Assembly (NCBI GenBank): GCA_963578775.1
Contig: CAUZEG010000001.1
Location: forward strand, 22,041 to 86,040
Reading direction: 5' to 3'
DNA from: Myxococcales bacterium
GTDB lineage: Bacteria > Myxococcota_A > UBA9042 > UBA3505
Length of the DNA: 64,000 nucleotides
In this document: positions 48,649 to 58,930 of the stretch, in pieces
How the letters are laid out: each line of letters starts with the position of its first letter
Position numbering within the stretch: the first letter of the stretch is position 1
Notes under the pieces: model-generated
What the model saw: only the letters and a program-made list of their open reading frames with translations
What the model was told of the DNA's origin: nothing
Databases searched by the model: none
Position numbers and translations under genes: made by a program

Positions 48649-50661
48649 CTAGTAATGCAGACTTCCGGTAAATCGACCTGATCGCGCCAAGCCGACCTCA
48701 AGGTTATACCGGACCCGTTTGAGGAACAAGGCTAAAACAATAACACTTATGCCGAACAAACCGTAGCGAACGACATCTTGTACCCCCTGGGGAACCCATG
48801 TGATCCAGAAGGCAGTGAGCATGAATCCCGCAAAGGAAACGGGGATAAAATACTTCCAACACATGATCATCATCTGATCGAGTCTGATGCGTGGTAGGGT
48901 CCATCGAATCCAGATGATGACAAAGACCAGCGCGAACGCTTTCAGGGTGAGGATAGCCAGGCCGAGGAGCTGAAGCCCCATGGAGGCCTCCATCTCAAAG
49001 GGCGTGACGCCCGGGATCTGCCAACCACCCATAAAGAGAACCGTTACCAGCGCGCTTATAACGTACAGGTTTGCCCATTCCGCGAAGAAGAAGAACACGA
49101 AGCGCATCCCGCTGTATTCCGTATTATACCCGCTGACCAGCTCCGACTCCGCTTCGGGGAGGTCGAACGGCGCCCGGTTTCCTTCGGCCAGGGCCGAGAC
49201 GAAGAAGATGAAAAAGCCGGCCAACAAAGCTGGGTTGTGGAACATATTCCATTCCCAGGGGTATCCACCCTGAAGATTAACGGTACTCTGTAGAGATAGG
49301 CTACCCGTGATAACTACAACCGACAGGACGGACAATCCCAGCGGGATCTCGTACGAAACCATCTGGGCCGCCGAACGGAACCCCCCTAATAGGGACCACT
49401 TATTATTGCTTGCCCAACCGCCGAGAATGATCCCGACCACCACGACACTTGTTACCGCCAGGATGTAAAAAATGCCGATGTCGAGATCTGCCACGACCAG
49501 GCTCTGACTGAAGGGAAGATGTACGAAGGTCAGAAACACCCCGGCCATGACGAAGTACGGCGACATTCGGAAGAACACATTCTGGGCGTTGGGTGGGATG
49601 AGATCTTCTTTTTGGATGGCCTTCAGCCCATCCGCCAACCATTGCAGAAATCCACCGGGCCCCACACGATTGGGGCCAATTCGACTTTGGATACGGCCGG
49701 CGATACGGCGCTCGACGTAGGAGGTGATCCCTGCAAAGGGAGCAAAGAACCCCATTAGAATTAGACTCGCGCACAAAATATAGGCGACCACCTGCCAGAA
49801 CCAGACAGGCAAGGAACTTCCTGGCGCAGCGACACGATCAATGATCACGCGTCTTTCCGTCCCATCACGTATTGCATGGATCAGAGTTGGGCTCCCCGTC
49901 CGTCCGACGGCGGTAGCGAGGACTGTCGACAATTCGGTTTTCGTGGTGACATCTCTATTCGCCACCTTTTTCAGAATGTCGCCGATGACCAGGCTCCGAT
50001 CCTCTGGCGCCGCAGCAAATTGTTTGAAACCGGCATCGGTATATCCGACCACCTTCAGGCCCTGCTCGGTTGATGTGAGCTGCACTCCGAGTGAGGCCCC
50101 TGGTGTCAGCGGCACGGCTGAGACTAGTCGGTGAACGAAGGTATGGAGCACTAGCGGAAAAATATCCAACGTTACGGGAAGCTGGATTGTCTCCCACAGG
50201 ATTTGTTCTGTGCCGTCGGTTGCAGCAGTGGAACGCCCCAATCGGACCGTCATCATGCCGGTAAAAATCCCGTGCCGTAGACCGAGTGCCATCTCCAGGC
50301 GGTTGTCTACCTTATGTCGAACCCGACCCGATCGAGAGACCGTGGCCGGAAGAGTAATGTGGAATGCCGCGTCCTTTTCTCCCGTGGCGAATGCCACCTC
50401 ACCCTCGAGTAGGATCTCGGCCTTCGTAAGAGCTTCAAAGGCCGCAATAGTCTCCCCGGCTGGAGGGACAAGCCGAACTTCCAGATGACTATACGGCTGG
50501 ATCTGTTTTGGCCCGACTTCAATCACATTGAATCGGGATGAGGTCGCGGTATTGGCGTTGGCGAGCCCAGGTATAGTCCCAACCAACATAATCGCAAAGA
50601 CAAGTACTGCGTACGCTCTGAAAGCCATGAATCTCATACGTTTCCTTGCTGGGGACAACAC
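48649..50661 (-). CDS. nuoH: NuoH (ND1) homolog fused to an N-terminal signal-anchored periplasmic domain with a PDZ-like module
   Basis: The C-terminal 390 aa match NuoH (ERRIAGRIQSRIGPNRVGPGGFLQ, EGNRAPFDLPEAESELV). The N-terminal 280 aa have a signal/TM segment plus PDZ-like LVIGDILKKVANRDV...TLIHAIRDGTERRVII. Confidence 0.75.
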   Translation of the reverse strand: MLSPARKRMRFMAFRAYAVLVFAIMLVGTIPGLANANTATSSRFNVIEVGPKQIQPYSHLEVRLVPPAGETIAAFEALTKAEILLEGEVAFATGEKDAAFHITLPATVSRSGRVRHKVDNRLEMALGLRHGIFTGMMTVRLGRSTAATDGTEQILWETIQLPVTLDIFPLVLHTFVHRLVSAVPLTPGASLGVQLTSTEQGLKVVGYTDAGFKQFAAAPEDRSLVIGDILKKVANRDVTTKTELSTVLATAVGRTGSPTLIHAIRDGTERRVIIDRVAAPGSSLPVWFWQVVAYILCASLILMGFFAPFAGITSYVERRIAGRIQSRIGPNRVGPGGFLQWLADGLKAIQKEDLIPPNAQNVFFRMSPYFVMAGVFLTFVHLPFSQSLVVADLDIGIFYILAVTSVVVVGIILGGWASNNKWSLLGGFRSAAQMVSYEIPLGLSVLSVVVITGSLSLQSTVNLQGGYPWEWNMFHNPALLAGFFIFFVSALAEGNRAPFDLPEAESELVSGYNTEYSGMRFVFFFFAEWANLYVISALVTVLFMGGWQIPGVTPFEMEASMGLQLLGLAILTLKAFALVFVIIWIRWTLPRIRLDQMMIMCWKYFIPVSFAGFMLTAFWITWVPQGVQDVVRYGLFGISVIVLALFLKRVRYNLEVGLARSGRFTGSLHY

Positions 50662-50735
50662 AAGGTTTGAGCCTCTTTCTCAGCCTATACTGAGAACCTC
50701 CGAAGTACTCGATTTTTTGGGAAATGACAAGTCTA

Positions 50736-51521
50736 TCAATCGAGTAGTGGGCGGTTCGGATGGTCTTTTTTCCATCTACGCAGTTTTGGGCGTAGATCAA
50801 CGTTTATTTTGGGGCGTTTTCGTCCCCCCACCGATCCGGCGGAATTGGACTCCCTTCGGGGAGGAGTAGCACGGCGCCCGCGGAATTCAGCCGGCTCGTA
50901 AATGTACCCCATGGGGTCGGGACCGGCACCGGTAGCGCGAGACGAATTGTTCGGATAGACCTGAACAGACCAGCTATCTTCTCCCACAGGAAACAAGTAG
51001 ATGCGTGCTGTGGCTAGAGCGGACTTGTTTTCTTCAGGAATGGCATCCATCGCTTCGTCGGAGACCGCAAGTTGATATCCAATCCGATTGCCAGGAACGG
51101 TTCGTGTCACCATCGTATAATTCAACGTTCGGTAAAAGGTTTCAATCTGCTTGGCAGAGGCCTGTATCATGGCCGTGCCGGAGTTCTGTGAGGACTTTTG
51201 GTGCGAGAATCCTTCGGGTAGATGGACACCCAGCAATCGTTGGTCGGCAATCTTCAGTTTGGGAGGCGCCAATCCTTGAAGGTTCAATCCGCGCCGTTCT
51301 TGATCCTTCTGGTTTGAGCTCGACGCCTCCTCTTCTTGTGCTTCCGGGCTGACTCCACTGGACTCTGCGACGGGGGTCTCTTGTTCAGCGGCTGGCTCAA
51401 ACGGACGATCGAGCGTGGGGTCGTTACTCTGTTTATCACATCCGGACCAGCCGAATAGACATACGGTGGACAGCAGAACCATGATTCGGCGGGTCCAACC
51501 ACCTTTTCCATGATCCGTCAT
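50736..51521 (-). CDS. Hypothetical lipoprotein co-transcribed downstream of pilY1
   Basis: Lipobox LFGWSGCD; 4-bp overlap with the pilY1 stop. Confidence 0.5.
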   Translation of the reverse strand: MTDHGKGGWTRRIMVLLSTVCLFGWSGCDKQSNDPTLDRPFEPAAEQETPVAESSGVSPEAQEEEASSSNQKDQERRGLNLQGLAPPKLKIADQRLLGVHLPEGFSHQKSSQNSGTAMIQASAKQIETFYRTLNYTMVTRTVPGNRIGYQLAVSDEAMDAIPEENKSALATARIYLFPVGEDSWSVQVYPNNSSRATGAGPDPMGYIYEPAEFRGRRATPPRRESNSAGSVGGRKRPKINVDLRPKLRRWKKDHPNRPLLD

Positions 51522-54500
51522 TCGAGTAGATTGCCCCAGGCGTTGATAAATACTCGTTGGAAGCGTGAGGTCACTTTCAGAGTGGATCGTTTCAGTTCAG
51601 AATCAGCTCCTGAGGAGGGTTTCTGATTGTCACTTCCCTCGCCACTGGTCTTCTGAATAATAAATTCCATTGTGGGGGGGAGGCTGGACGCCAGGCCGGA
51701 GTCGCTACAGGAGGGGCGTACTAGAATCTCGACTCCGTGGGTGCGCCCTTCGCCCAGGTCCACGTCTGTGGTCAGTTCGGAGGTGGTAGCGTTTTCATCG
51801 GCGTCGATCGCGGGTTCGATATCGTCGATGGCATTGGCGTCTATGCCCACATAATTGATACCCCACAGCCTACCGTCACCAATGGCACAATAATCACCCT
51901 CTACCCGGGTGTATGCGGTTTGATAGACAGCGCGGTCAAAGATGAGGGGCGGACCTGTTGCCATGGACGCATCGAAGTATTTCACCCAATTCGTTGTAGA
52001 GGCCACCTCTTCCGCGATCCCATCGGCATTCAATACGGTCGACTCAACGATGGAGATTAAACGAGATTTGAGCGGTGAGCGATCGCGGGTGTCCGATAAC
52101 CGATTGGTATGGTAGGCCACGACCAGACGTCCTCTGTCCGGATGTAGAGAGAGGGCAGGGGATTCCCATACTGGACGTCGGTTGGTTGAATCCAGTGATT
52201 CTGGGGTTTCTCCTTCCGGGATGTTGTAGGCGTCGTGGAAGTAATGTAACCGCCAGGTATCCGGATTAATATCCTTGAATCGGAGATACCATAGCTGGCC
52301 GCCACCATCCCCCATGATACAGCGGGTTGTGAGGGTGCCTGGAAAGGAGTTGTAACAGGCCGGCTCGCCCAACATATCGAAATCGATATGGTCTGTATTC
52401 TCTGCAGCATCGTTATTGTCTACGACGTTCTGCGTGAAATTGCTGAACTCCACGACCTTCTCGCCCGTCTCAAGATCTACCACGTAGACAACCTTCCCAG
52501 ATGCCGATACGCCATCCCGAGCTTCTCCTCCAGGAATGATCGCGACGGCTCGTTCCTCGGCTGCGCCGGTAGCCGCAAAACGGAAGTATACGGACCCGAT
52601 GGCTACCTTGGAGCGAATAAATCCAAGCTTGGCAAAGTCATTGCAGTCGCCACCCGTGGTGCAGGCGGTAGTGTCTTCTGTATCGTAACATTGCAGGATA
52701 TCGGCAGAGTCAGGCGCGCATCGCCCCTCGGGGGTGATTTCCCATAATAGCTTTGGATCTTCGGGATCCGTTACATCGAGTGCAAAGGCCCCGGAGGTAC
52801 GGAATCCTCCGGGCACGACAACGATCGAGCGCCAATTCGCCAGGGATTGTTCCGAGGTGTCGCCAGCCTTACGGTGGAGAAGGACCTCGCGTAGGACTGG
52901 GATTCCGTCGAGAAGAAAGTCAAAACGATCCGACAGTGTATGCAGGCGGCTATGTACAAACTTCGGTAGGTAGGCAAACAGCTCCTCACCATAGTCTGCT
53001 TTGGCCACCTCGACCGGTCGGTCCACTCGGAACCCGTGAAAAAGTCCATCGTGCGATGCTGTATAAAGTACCGTGGGTCGATCTTTTACCGAGTCCTGGT
53101 AGAGCGTAAACGATGGATCACTGATATCGACACCCTCCAGGTCGCTCTGAATAACCGGGGAACTATGATAGATCGCACCAAGGGGGTGTTTACTGCGACA
53201 GGAATCCTCCTCGCCACGAATAAAACCGATCAGTTGGGTGGCAAATTTTTCTCGGACCGCTTTGTCTGAGGCCTTCCCGGCCACATATAGACCGCAGACC
53301 TTGAAGCCGTTGTTCAAGGTCGAGATCACAAGGTCTGAAAGAACGCCGGTAGTCGGTACTCCCAGGGCATCGGCTGTAAGATCGGCATTGCCTGTGTCGA
53401 AATCAACCAGGCCAGATCGCCCCTCGACCACCGTCAGTACATTACGATCCGAAATCCGATCCTTGAGTGCCTCGCCGATATCGAAGATCTCACAAATACT
53501 CGATGCATCGTCACTGGCGTCGGTCTTGCAGCTGTCGTCACAGCGATAAATGGCCTGTTCCAGGATAGCTCTCCGATTTAGCCGGTTTGAACTGTCGCCT
53601 TTATAGCCAGAATTGAACTGATAGAGATTGTCGAGAGCGTGATTTGTTTTCGTGGTGAAGGTTGTTCGAGTCCGTGAAACAGGCCCACTCAAGATGTCCA
53701 GGAGGAGAGCCGTCATAACGACAGAGAGTTGTGTATCCCCATCGGCGATAAACGCGCCATCGAATTCACCACCACTACCGGCCACTGCGATTTCATCGAG
53801 GACGTTGATCTCCTGTCCCTCTACGTTGAAGCCGATGACATAGACTTTTATGCCGGCCGCAAAGAGTTCGGCAGCAGCGTCGGCCGTGGTGGGATACCCC
53901 TGGTCATCCTCACCCATGGTCGGTTTTCCGTCCGTCATCAAGAGAACGAACTTGTCCCGACAGGAATAGAACATATCTCCTACGCCCGTATTTTCGTTCC
54001 ATGGACCCATTCGCTTATCGGTTTCAACCATATACAGACCGTCCTTAAGGAACGAACTGATCGGAGTGCCACCGTGGGGAATAACGGACCATAAGGAGTC
54101 ATCGATATCTTTGGCCGTGGCGTCATAGTCGGCTTCCAGGTCATTTACTGGGGGCATGACCATACCGCCGATGGCCGCAAATTCACGACGTGCACCAAGA
54201 TTCACCCCAGCACTGGTGACCAGGCCATATGAATACCCAGACAGAGCGTCGTTACCAGTTCCCAGATCGGAGTCGAATGTGCCAAAGGCAAACTTGATCT
54301 CGGAGCTTAGAATGTCGAGAAGACCATCATCGAATTGATCGGGGTTCCCCGTCAGATTCCAGATGATATGCGGAATTCCATAGCCGTAGTCTTCGCGGGT
54401 CGGCGGAATTGTTCGTGGATCGCTGGTACATGTGAAACTGTTGAATGTACCCGTCAGAATCTCCAGGGTTTGCGCCCATCGGGTTAGTTCCGGGGTTCCC

Positions 54501-54712
54501 GCGTTGCAATTTGGCTGAAGCCCCTCCTCATTGAGGTATTCCATCGAGCCGGATGTATCGATCCAAAGGAGAACGATGGGAGCTTCTCGTTCTCCCTCAA
54601 CACCAGCGAACGCGGTGGTTGTCACAAGGCCTATAAATACGATGGCTTGCACGAACACGAGGGTACGTCGGGCAAGCCTCGAGACAGACAAATTCATTCT
54701 GGGTATCTTCAC
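51518..54712 (-). CDS. pilY1: PilY1-like type IV pilus tip-associated protein with N-terminal VWA domain
   Basis: 1064 aa; signal peptide; MIDAS LLWIDTSGSM; C-terminal beta-propeller-like region; follows the pilX-like gene. Confidence 0.7.
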   Translation of the reverse strand: MKIPRMNLSVSRLARRTLVFVQAIVFIGLVTTTAFAGVEGEREAPIVLLWIDTSGSMEYLNEEGLQPNCNAGTPELTRWAQTLEILTGTFNSFTCTSDPRTIPPTREDYGYGIPHIIWNLTGNPDQFDDGLLDILSSEIKFAFGTFDSDLGTGNDALSGYSYGLVTSAGVNLGARREFAAIGGMVMPPVNDLEADYDATAKDIDDSLWSVIPHGGTPISSFLKDGLYMVETDKRMGPWNENTGVGDMFYSCRDKFVLLMTDGKPTMGEDDQGYPTTADAAAELFAAGIKVYVIGFNVEGQEINVLDEIAVAGSGGEFDGAFIADGDTQLSVVMTALLLDILSGPVSRTRTTFTTKTNHALDNLYQFNSGYKGDSSNRLNRRAILEQAIYRCDDSCKTDASDDASSICEIFDIGEALKDRISDRNVLTVVEGRSGLVDFDTGNADLTADALGVPTTGVLSDLVISTLNNGFKVCGLYVAGKASDKAVREKFATQLIGFIRGEEDSCRSKHPLGAIYHSSPVIQSDLEGVDISDPSFTLYQDSVKDRPTVLYTASHDGLFHGFRVDRPVEVAKADYGEELFAYLPKFVHSRLHTLSDRFDFLLDGIPVLREVLLHRKAGDTSEQSLANWRSIVVVPGGFRTSGAFALDVTDPEDPKLLWEITPEGRCAPDSADILQCYDTEDTTACTTGGDCNDFAKLGFIRSKVAIGSVYFRFAATGAAEERAVAIIPGGEARDGVSASGKVVYVVDLETGEKVVEFSNFTQNVVDNNDAAENTDHIDFDMLGEPACYNSFPGTLTTRCIMGDGGGQLWYLRFKDINPDTWRLHYFHDAYNIPEGETPESLDSTNRRPVWESPALSLHPDRGRLVVAYHTNRLSDTRDRSPLKSRLISIVESTVLNADGIAEEVASTTNWVKYFDASMATGPPLIFDRAVYQTAYTRVEGDYCAIGDGRLWGINYVGIDANAIDDIEPAIDADENATTSELTTDVDLGEGRTHGVEILVRPSCSDSGLASSLPPTMEFIIQKTSGEGSDNQKPSSGADSELKRSTLKVTSRFQRVFINAWGNLLE

Positions 54713-54715
54713 GAA

Positions 54716-55258
54716 TCAGAGGTTACATGGAACGGGGCCTAAGTATACCATAGACCGCGCGCGTTGTACGCTCAATCGTTGCGTATGTTCAACGCTGGTA
54801 GTGTTTGGGCCCGCTTCCTCTCCCAGGCCGTATTTTGATGTGGTTGTCCATATGTATCGTCGAAAGCAAAGTCCCTGGAGTGAGTACCCGGGAATTCGAT
54901 TCGTGACGAACGGGTGGGTCATCTCGGTCTCGAACTCCACAATACTTGCATTTGCCCCTTCGCGGCCAAAAGAGCCGGCAGCAGCCAGGTCATATACCGT
55001 AAAATTGAGGTCTTCATCTTTTATGATGTAGTTGTGGAGTGCCGCAAAGGCCAGAAATCCCTGTGGATCCTGCGAGGCTTTCGCTGTTGTCGCGACCAAT
55101 CCTCCCTCCGCCACGGCATAGGCGGTTTTAGCAAAGCGCTCGTTCCCCACCATCGCGATCTCTACTGTGGTCTTTTCCACCTCAAGCACCAGCAAGCCCG
55201 TCAACATCAACGTCATTAACAGCGCAAGGAAGAGTACAGCTCCCGATTGACGTTTCAT
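54716..55258 (-). CDS. pilX: PilX-like minor pilin
   Basis: N-terminal hydrophobic helix AVLFLALLMTLMLTGLLVLEVE, PilX_N-like. Confidence 0.6.
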   Translation of the reverse strand: MKRQSGAVLFLALLMTLMLTGLLVLEVEKTTVEIAMVGNERFAKTAYAVAEGGLVATTAKASQDPQGFLAFAALHNYIIKDEDLNFTVYDLAAAGSFGREGANASIVEFETEMTHPFVTNRIPGYSLQGLCFRRYIWTTTSKYGLGEEAGPNTTSVEHTQRLSVQRARSMVYLGPVPCNL

Positions 55259-56421
55259 GGTCCGCCTCCGCCTGGCTTGAGGTTTTTGGCAGTGAGCGAT
55301 CGCAGTTGAATTCGGGTGGCGGCGGATATGCAGCGAGCCGCACTGGTTGAATCGGCGTCCAGATCGTAGGTTTTTATCGGGGAGTGAAGACCATCCCGTT
55401 TTGTATGGAATACATCTGGGTCTTCTGTGGGGGTTCGGGCGGTCAGCTTGACCGTGATGGCCCGGAGATCCTCTGGTTTTGCCAATGGAGATATTCCCAG
55501 ACGGTCCTTGGGAGCGAGTCCTCCCCCGGTGGCAGAATCAATGGTCGGAAAATAACTGAGTTCGGGATCCGTTCCGGTTAGATCGTCATCAAAAAAGAAG
55601 TCATAGAACTGCATATCTACGATATCTTTTGCGACGATAAGTCGGGTATTCTCGATCGGATCCGTACCGGCTTTGTCGAGTTCTTCGCGGACCAGAACCA
55701 GGTCTTCATCATCGGATCCAGGGACCGGGCTCCTCATGATGCGGAACCGAATAAAATTGACCACATTGACATGATATCCTGTGCCAAATCCTTCGACTCC
55801 ACACATCTGTGGTGGGCTGACTCGAGGCATCGTACCCGCTTGAACTTCAATTCGCTTGGTGCTGAAAGTCGCGGATGTGATGGGAACGATCATGTCGAAT
55901 TGTTCGTTGGTGGTGATCTTGAGATACCGATTCGTCTTGAAGACGTCCTCCCACTCGGCTTCGGTTTGTGGCAGGTCCGCATCGGCGACGAGCTGAACAC
56001 TGTTCCCAGTGATATTACTGGTAGTGTACGTTCGCCCACCGGAGAAATCTCCAAAGAGGATGAGGGAGACTGGGCTGATATTTGGATTGCTCGAACCATC
56101 GAAGATATCCCCCTCACCTTCCTGGAGAATGACCGCCCGAAGAATGTCCGCTGGTTGGGGGCAAACCGATTGGTCCGCGCTACTGTTTGGGGTGGCCATA
56201 AAGCCCGCAAGCCGAACATCATGTTTAATCAATTCAATGGCCAGCCGTAGCTGTCGTTGCATGTCCAGATGTCGGTCCTGGATCTTGAGTCCCGTTACGC
56301 TTCGCCCGTACATCGTCCCCAGACCCACAACCGCAATTGATGAGACGAAGGCCACAACGGCCACCTCGGCAAGGGTAAATCCCCAGATGCGTTTACGTTG
56401 TTGTTGGGATGTGGATTTCAT
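55255..56421 (-). CDS. pilW: PilW-like minor pilin
   Basis: Prepilin leader ending G|FTLAEVAVV (Glu+5). Confidence 0.7.
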   Translation of the reverse strand: MKSTSQQQRKRIWGFTLAEVAVVAFVSSIAVVGLGTMYGRSVTGLKIQDRHLDMQRQLRLAIELIKHDVRLAGFMATPNSSADQSVCPQPADILRAVILQEGEGDIFDGSSNPNISPVSLILFGDFSGGRTYTTSNITGNSVQLVADADLPQTEAEWEDVFKTNRYLKITTNEQFDMIVPITSATFSTKRIEVQAGTMPRVSPPQMCGVEGFGTGYHVNVVNFIRFRIMRSPVPGSDDEDLVLVREELDKAGTDPIENTRLIVAKDIVDMQFYDFFFDDDLTGTDPELSYFPTIDSATGGGLAPKDRLGISPLAKPEDLRAITVKLTARTPTEDPDVFHTKRDGLHSPIKTYDLDADSTSAARCISAATRIQLRSLTAKNLKPGGGGP

Positions 56422-57044
56422 TGGGCGGTGGATGGGTTGAGCATGATGATCACGGGAGCCGACATGTAGGCAATATTGCCAGGGTCGTCGATCATAGAGA
56501 GTTCACACTGTTTATATTCATCTCGTTTGCCGGCGGGTCGGGCCCAGAGAACGCGGACGTCGGCACGAAGGAGTATATCTGAGAGTAGCCATGTCCAGCG
56601 GTAATGAATGCAGAACCTCTTGTCTTCATCGGCTGGAAATTCCGTAAGGATCCCCTCATCATAGACGTCGAAGTTTGCCATGGTGCCCACGTAGCCGCCG
56701 GGAGTTGCTACGATCCACTCACTCTGGGAACCGGCCGAAGCAGGATTGGGGGCTTTGTTGAGGAACTCAAATTTGACCTGGCTCGCGGATTGAGTGCTCT
56801 GATTGGTCCATTCGATACCCTCTGTGCGAAGGGTTTCCGCAAAATGTTCCGAGAGTTGCATAGCGTGAAACATAGAGCGGCTACCAGACAGCCCATGAAT
56901 GGATGCCGTCTGTAGATCGAGAGCCCCCACAAATCCGATGATCGTTATGGAGACAGCCGCAAGCACCTCAAGTAGTGTCACTCCGCGGCGGTTACGGTCC
57001 TGTGCCGGTATTTTTGTATTAGTATTCGAGAGAAACATCGCCAT
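56418..57044 (-). CDS. pilV: PilV-like minor pilin
   Basis: RRG|VTLLEVLAAV prepilin-type N-terminus; start at an internal Met. Confidence 0.6.
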   Translation of the reverse strand: MAMFLSNTNTKIPAQDRNRRGVTLLEVLAAVSITIIGFVGALDLQTASIHGLSGSRSMFHAMQLSEHFAETLRTEGIEWTNQSTQSASQVKFEFLNKAPNPASAGSQSEWIVATPGGYVGTMANFDVYDEGILTEFPADEDKRFCIHYRWTWLLSDILLRADVRVLWARPAGKRDEYKQCELSMIDDPGNIAYMSAPVIIMLNPSTAQ

Positions 57045-57672
57045 TATGTCCAATAACCACTTTGTGGCTGGGCTGGTTATTCGTCTCACTTCCACCAACA
57101 GTCTTCACATTTTGTTCCAACTCCAGCTTTATATCTCCCGCCGCAAGGCTCGATGTATCCGCTGGTACGGCGGCGCCGGTGTCTCCACGCACAACACGAC
57201 CGTTGGGTTTTACACAGATGCCTTTGGTGGCCAGATTCATACCGGTTGGCGTTACTCCTACCAATGAGACCGACGGAAAGTGGTCGGCCAGAATAAACTC
57301 GTTCATTTTCTTCGTTTCCGGCAGGTTGGGATCTGGGATCGATGTGCACGATGAGCTTGTACCTTCAACGACCGTGATTACGCCATTACTCGAACCGCCC
57401 GTTGCGCTGGCAGGAAATATACCATAGGCCCGCGTCCGCATGGCCGCGTGAACTCGAGCGTACCGAACGACTGCGAAGACCTTATTCGTCGCACGAGTCA
57501 GCTCATTCTCGATCGCGAACTGTTGGACTATAGGGAGCGCCATTGAAGCCATGGCTGCTACAATGGAGATAACGATCATCATTTCCATAAGGGTATAGCC
57601 GTTCGCCCTGCTAGCTTTTTTTCTTCTTCGTCGTCCGGTTGGCCGAGTCATTCCGTTCTCCCTGCCCTCCAC
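57019..57672 (-). CDS. Type IV pilin-like protein (FimT/GspH-like minor pilin)
   Basis: ANG|YTLMEMMIVISIV prepilin leader with Glu+5. Confidence 0.65.
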   Translation of the reverse strand: MEGRENGMTRPTGRRRRKKASRANGYTLMEMMIVISIVAAMASMALPIVQQFAIENELTRATNKVFAVVRYARVHAAMRTRAYGIFPASATGGSSNGVITVVEGTSSSCTSIPDPNLPETKKMNEFILADHFPSVSLVGVTPTGMNLATKGICVKPNGRVVRGDTGAAVPADTSSLAAGDIKLELEQNVKTVGGSETNNQPSHKVVIGHNGDVSLEY

Positions 57673-57764
57673 GCTACCCCAAAGTATTGGTCAACGGCAA
57701 AAGATAATCCAATTTCAGCACTATGGACTAGGCGTCTTGTTGTCCGACGGAAAGGACCCGCAGT

Positions 57765-58916
57765 TTAGACTTCCAGCAAGAGTGCGAGCTTTTCTGATAT
57801 GGCCCGGCCGACTTCGGAGCAACGCGCCGAACCTCCGAGGTCATAGGTTCGACCAGCGGTGGTTTTCAAGGTTTCCTGGACGGCAAATTCCAGCTTATCA
57901 CCCGCTGTAACGAGTTGGTTCAGACCATGCTTTGTGCCCAGCCAGTCGACCATCATTCGCACGGCCAGGATGCATGCGACAGGATTTACCTTGTCCAGCC
58001 CTGCGTGTTTGGGAGCGCTTCCATGGATTGGTTCAAACATGGCGTGATCGTCACCAATATTACCACCGGCCGCGACCCCCAGGCCCCCTTGTAGAACAGC
58101 GGCAAGGTCCGTGATTACATCGCCGGAGAAATTGGGGGCGACGACGACGTCGAAATATTCGGGTGTGCGGACCAACCACTGGCAAAAGGCATCGACGTAC
58201 GCGTAATCCCTTTCCACGTCTGGGAATTCGCTCGCGACCTCATCAAAGACCTGTCGAAATAGCCGATGGGCCTGGATGATATTGGATTTATCCACGCAGG
58301 TAACACGCCGTTTCCCATCCGCGGGGGCACCATTCCGTCTTCGAGCAAGTTCGAAGGACCTACGAATTACCCGCTCGGAGCCGACACGCGTGATGATGAT
58401 GGGCGACGTGATCATTTCCGTCTTCATATTTCGTTCCAATCGGAACGAACCAGGAACATAGGCGTCTTCCGTGTTTTCACGGATGATCACCATGTCCACC
58501 TTCTCGGGCTGCCAGACCTGTTGGAGTTCGCCATGGATGCGATGTTCGACACCCGGAAAGAGTTTTACGGGGCGAACATTGGTGTACAGGTCCAGATTTT
58601 TCCGGAGCCCGACAACCAGCTCGTACCCGGCCAGTTCGCCATCACCTCGTCGCACAACCTTACCGTCGGGGCCGTCATGTCCCACTGCTCCCAGAATGAC
58701 AGCGTCGGCCGCTCGGACCTTCTCGAGGGATCCATCGGGCCATTCGGTTCCAAACTCGGAGTAATGTGCACCACCGCCAGGAATTGTCGTACAGTCGAAT
58801 TGTACGTTCGCAAAGCGTTCTACGACTTTCAGGACAGGCAGCGAAGCATCGACTACTTCGGGACCAACCCCATCGCCCGGCAGGAGCACAATGTTGAATC
58901 TGTTGCTAGTGGTCAT
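57765..58916 (-). CDS. Isocitrate/isopropylmalate dehydrogenase family protein (tartrate/3-IPM dehydrogenase-like)
   Basis: LLPGDGVGPEV N-terminus and the C-terminal NxxGD/GSAPK-type motifs of the family. Confidence 0.7.
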   Translation of the reverse strand: MTTSNRFNIVLLPGDGVGPEVVDASLPVLKVVERFANVQFDCTTIPGGGAHYSEFGTEWPDGSLEKVRAADAVILGAVGHDGPDGKVVRRGDGELAGYELVVGLRKNLDLYTNVRPVKLFPGVEHRIHGELQQVWQPEKVDMVIIRENTEDAYVPGSFRLERNMKTEMITSPIIITRVGSERVIRRSFELARRRNGAPADGKRRVTCVDKSNIIQAHRLFRQVFDEVASEFPDVERDYAYVDAFCQWLVRTPEYFDVVVAPNFSGDVITDLAAVLQGGLGVAAGGNIGDDHAMFEPIHGSAPKHAGLDKVNPVACILAVRMMVDWLGTKHGLNQLVTAGDKLEFAVQETLKTTAGRTYDLGGSARCSEVGRAISEKLALLLEV

Positions 58917-58930
58917 GCGGTATCCGTTGT

